Assembly: GCA_051294375.1 (NCBI GenBank)
Contig: CM119265.1
Span: 15,352,963 to 15,416,962, forward strand
Source: Paraspadella gotoi
Lineage: Eukaryota; Animalia; Chaetognatha
Direction of reading: 5' to 3'
DNA length: 64,000 nucleotides
The position numbers and the translations under genes are program-made. This document shows, in pieces, positions 61,001-64,000 of this stretch. The notes beneath the pieces are model-generated. The model was not told the origin of the DNA. It saw only the letters and a program-made list of their open reading frames with translations, and made no database searches. Within the stretch, counting starts at the first letter, position 1, and each line of letters opens with the position of its first letter.

Positions 61001-63341
61001 TAAAATTTTTGTAACTATCTGTAAATATCTGTACAATCTACATATGTCTTATCTTTTTGGCTTAGGATTTGTCTAGCAATATCTCCGAATCGGTTATTGA
61101 AACTGACGTAGGGATCCTTGACGAGGGCAAGCTGAACAATTCTGAAAATATTAACTCAGAAATTGACTCTTGCATGAAAAAGGTTGTGGCCGATCCTGTT
61201 AAGGCCAACTGGTTTGAGATCGCCCCCGTCATGGCTGATGCTGTTGAGGCTACCACTGAAAAGGCTGCCCTTATCGAGGCTGCCCCTATTGATGCTGCCC
61301 CTATCGAGGTTGATGCTGTTGAGGCTACCACTCAAAAGCCTACCCCCATTGAGGCTGCCCCTATCGAGGCTGCCCCCCTGGAGGCTATCCCCGTTGAAAC
61401 TGCCCCCGTCGAGGCTGATGCTGTTGAGGCTACCACTCAAAAGCCTACCCCTGTCGAGGCCATCCCCGTCGAGGTTGAGGCCATCCCCGTTCCCATCGAG
61501 GCTATCCCCGTCGAGACTGCCCCCGTCAAGGCTATCCCCATCGAGACTATCCCAGTTGAAACTGCCCCCGTCGAGTCTGCCACCGTCGAAGCAAGCGATG
61601 AAGAAATCGAAGATATAGCTTCTTTGGGTATTGATTTTGCCAAAATTATGGCTACCGCAAAGAAAATTGATGAAAAAGATAAAGGCGATTGCAATCCTCT
61701 TGGTTAGTTAATTATTTTATACTATTATTACAATCTTGAAGCTTGATTTCTTATTCATAATTTCATACATATGGATTTTTAGAATTATCAAATGAGGGTC
61801 GTGACGATGATTTTCTTGACAAATTGGCCAAGAAAATATCTACCCCTAAATCGCCGGAAGAAAGTGAATTTCGAGATGAAACAACGGAATTCGAAGCAGG
61901 TAAAACAATTTCTTTATTAAGTAGCTTTTCAGCAGATCCCGACTCTATAATTCACTTTGTCAGTCCGTCGGTCGCTAAAGCCCCCTCAATCTTGTTGGTC
62001 AGAATATGTCAGAATATCGAATTATGATAAATTATTCAAAAAAAAACGATGTCCGTCTGTCTGTCCGTCCGTCCGTCTGTCCCACCTTAGCAAAAAACAC
62101 CAATTACTCTTGATTGGATGGATTGGAATGAAATTTTGTGTGTGGGTAGGGAAGTGTGTGATTGAGCTGGATATGAAGTTTCGATGGAATCGTCCAAGTG
62201 AAAATGAGTTATTTCATTATTTGAACACCAATTACTCAGGAGTGGATGGGGCGATTGACTTGAATTTTTGTATTTGGGTAGAAAAGTTTGTGATTAAGCT
62301 GGAAAGTTTTAAGTTTAAATGGGAAAAAATAAAAAATGTGTTTCATTAATTGATTATGCTTTTTTTTTCTTTCTATATTAAATGTAAATGCAAGATGTAC
62401 TAAATAATCAAATAATTAATCAGTCAATTAATCAATCAAAACAAACATTTTCGGATCAAAATAATTGATTGTCTAATTAATTAACTTTAATTAATTATTA
62501 ACTAATTACCGATAATGATCGTGGGCAGATCCGACATTGTTTGCTCAAACTTGTTTGTTTGTTATTCGATATTTCTCCTACAGTGGATGGAAGCAGCGCA
62601 GCTTCAAGCCCCCAAAATAGTTATACGACCACAAACACTTCATTTACATCGGCCAGGTCCGACGTTACTCTCAAAGGTTCGTTGCACTGTGACTTTAACT
62701 TACGCTTGAGAATTTTTTTATATCATTAAAAAATAAGTAAATATAAACTGTTATATTAAGTGTTCCATTTTACCCCAGAGTGGGGTAAAACGGAAAACTT
62801 CAAGTTTTGAAAAAATGCGGCCACCTGTGGCCTCAGGATAAAAACGAATACATCAACCTGTAGCGGAGACACTTTTCTAGATATATCACCCGAATTTTTT
62901 TTTTTTTAAATAAATTTACTAAGTGAAAATTTTGAATACTTCCAAAAGTGTTCCGAATTACCCCGCACTACCCTATAATAAATAAACATTAATTTCAGAT
63001 GACTCTTCCCTCGACGCAATGAAGGTGCTAGATTCTACGAAGTCCTCCGAAATCGTTTCTCCCGTCGCAGAAGCTACATCTGATGATCAGGTGCCAATCT
63101 TTTTAAGTTACATAGATTTTGGCTGTCATTTTAACTCCTATTGTATTGTATCGTTGGTTTCTGTTAGGTCCTCGCTGATGATGAAATTGCACAAGCGGCG
63201 ATCTGGGAAGCCTCCCGGGGATCGGTTGATCAAGAAAGTCAAGGAGAGTGTCAAGAAGATGCGAGCGAGGTTCCTACGAAGGAAAAAGTGAAGAAGTCCA
63301 AGAAAAAGAAAAAGAAGAATTCTTCACACTACAGTCACTAG
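55061..63341 (+). CDS. Multi-exon gene encoding a ~1050-aa acidic low-complexity protein with an N-myristoylation/palmitoylation-type N-terminus; AKAP-like scaffold candidate
   Basis: Manual splicing gives 18 GT-AG coding exons with consistent phases and no internal stop: 55061-55175, 55247-55452, 56432-56510, 56622-56645, 56926-57099, 57178-57354, 57429-57539, 57702-57736, 57877-58027, 58094-58234, 58313-58936, 59003-59103, 60863-60964, 61066-61702, 61783-61899, 62584-62676, 62999-63090, 63168-63341 (3153 nt including TAG). It starts MGNICDCLKK and ends KVKKSKKKKKKNSSHYSH*. It overlaps ORF-track entries 55219, 57404, 58360, 61069, 61824, 62541 and 63019. An acceptor at 55055 implies an upstream non-coding exon. 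The functional label is inference. Confidence 0.85.
55665..55735 (+). mobile_element. Fragment of the same SINE-like family
   Basis: Shares aggttcaccccgcctat and ccggtggctcattgagta with 59686-59744. Confidence 0.55.
59342..59530 (+). repeat. Dispersed AT-rich repeat family
   Basis: A near-identical copy lies at 53476-53609. Inverted fragments lie at ~52546-52611, ~53362-53425, ~53612-53670 and ~14587-14655 (also ~32085-32158). Confidence 0.85.
59724..59895 (+). mobile_element. tRNA-derived SINE-like element in an intron
   Basis: A-box-like tggctcattgag (59731-59742) and B-box-like ggttcaacc (59775-59783) with tRNA spacing. The acceptor stem is poor, so this is not a functional tRNA. A related fragment lies at ~55665-55735. 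Confidence 0.55.
60081..60569. mobile_element. Fold-back/MITE-like element with long imperfect inverted arms
   Basis: Nested inverted matches: aacaacat...gaacatt with aatgttc...atgttgtt; cgcagtaggctatattta with taaatatggcctactgcg; gttgata...ttctttcattaa with ttaatgaaagaa...tatcaac. Confidence 0.7.
61222..61590 (+). repeat. Coding tandem repeat: 15-bp units encoding [ED][AT][AI]P[IVL], plus a repeated DAVEATT(Q/E)K block
   Basis: Units such as gaggctgcccctatc, gaggctatccccgtt and gaaactgcccccgtc lie within exon 61066-61702. gatgctgttgaggctaccact occurs three times. Confidence 0.9.
61920..62560 (+). mobile_element. Helentron/DINE-1-like non-autonomous repeat (probable)
   Basis: (GTCY)n microsatellite at 62051-62082, followed by a duplicated ~130-bp core (aacaccaattactc...gaa(a)ttttg...tgggtag). 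gcagatcc(c)gac occurs near both ends. The family assignment rests on architecture only. Confidence 0.45.
62760..62975. mobile_element. Truncated Tc1/pogo-type MITE end
   Basis: The subterminal motif gtgttcc...ttacccc occurs twice plus once inverted (ggggtaaaacggaaaac). It terminates ccccgcactacccTA. No partner end was seen. Confidence 0.4.
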
Positions 63342-64000
63342 TCATTTGAATTTGCAATGTTGGTTTCTATTATGATATTGTCACATCAGTTTTTTGTTGG
63401 TCGCTTATGTTTCGACAACACTTTTATATACTTGGTTTTTCGCAATTATCTACATACATTTTATTTTTAGCTAATAACTCAAGTTTTTAATCCCGTCTAA
63501 AGAACTATGAACCGGTTGATTTTTTTTTAGTTGTGCCTCAACTCTTCACGGAGCAACTCTGTAAGTCACTTTTTAGTGCGTCTGTCCCACTGACGTTTTA
63601 GATCTTTATGATTTCAGTAATATTATATACTTAATATTTAAAAATATATTATAAAACGTAAATTATTTGCAGAAGGCTTCATATTATAAAATGTGGTACC
63701 CCTTTTTTGTGACCAGAATCTGTTCTCACCAAACTACCTGATCGAATTTAATGAAATTTAATATTTAGAGTGCTAATGACTATATAAATGGAACTATCGA
63801 GGCGAATTTTGATATTCAACCCCTGACAAGAAATACAGGGCCCTAGGGGTGGACCCCTGGGGGGCCAAAAAATGCTAAAAAAATTTTTTTTATTTTTTAA
63901 ATTTTTTTAGTAGTATCAGGTGCATTGACGTTTTAAACATAAGAAAAAAACATTTTAGAACTAAAATTGATAAATTTGCAATAATTAAGCATGGTTGAAG

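Overview
Eukaryotic, probably invertebrate, genomic scaffold with six N-gaps. No prokaryotic features were found. (1) Bases ~1-51,870 are CpG-rich and (GA)n/(GAC)n-microsatellite-rich. They contain promoter-like motif clusters (RFX X-box next to E2F, YY1, CCAAT) and many exon-like fragments, but no gene could be assembled with confidence. (2) Inside that domain, ~6.0-33.4 kb is one ~10-kb segment present three times (forward, inverted, forward). Homopolymer-indel differences, a 25-N gap and a noisy fold-back apex point to a long-read gap-filling artefact. (3) Bases ~51,870-64,000 are AT-rich and hold an intact 18-coding-exon gene (55061-63341, about 1050 aa by manual splicing). Its product is acidic and low-complexity, with an MGNICDC myristoylation/palmitoylation-type N-terminus, a candidate PKA-RII-binding amphipathic helix and a polybasic tail, i.e. 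AKAP-like. Two independent insertions of a ~613-bp non-autonomous LTR element (TRIM) occur at 2262-2874 and 52672-53285. Each has a tRNA-Trp-like PBS, a PPT and a 4-bp TSD, and its 5' end lacks the canonical TG. Several MITE-, SINE- and Helentron-like repeats are also present. More speculative leads are in-frame TAA/TAG at Glu-like positions in exon-like segments, a disrupted bHLH-like segment, and a CH-domain-like exon pair downstream of an X-box.
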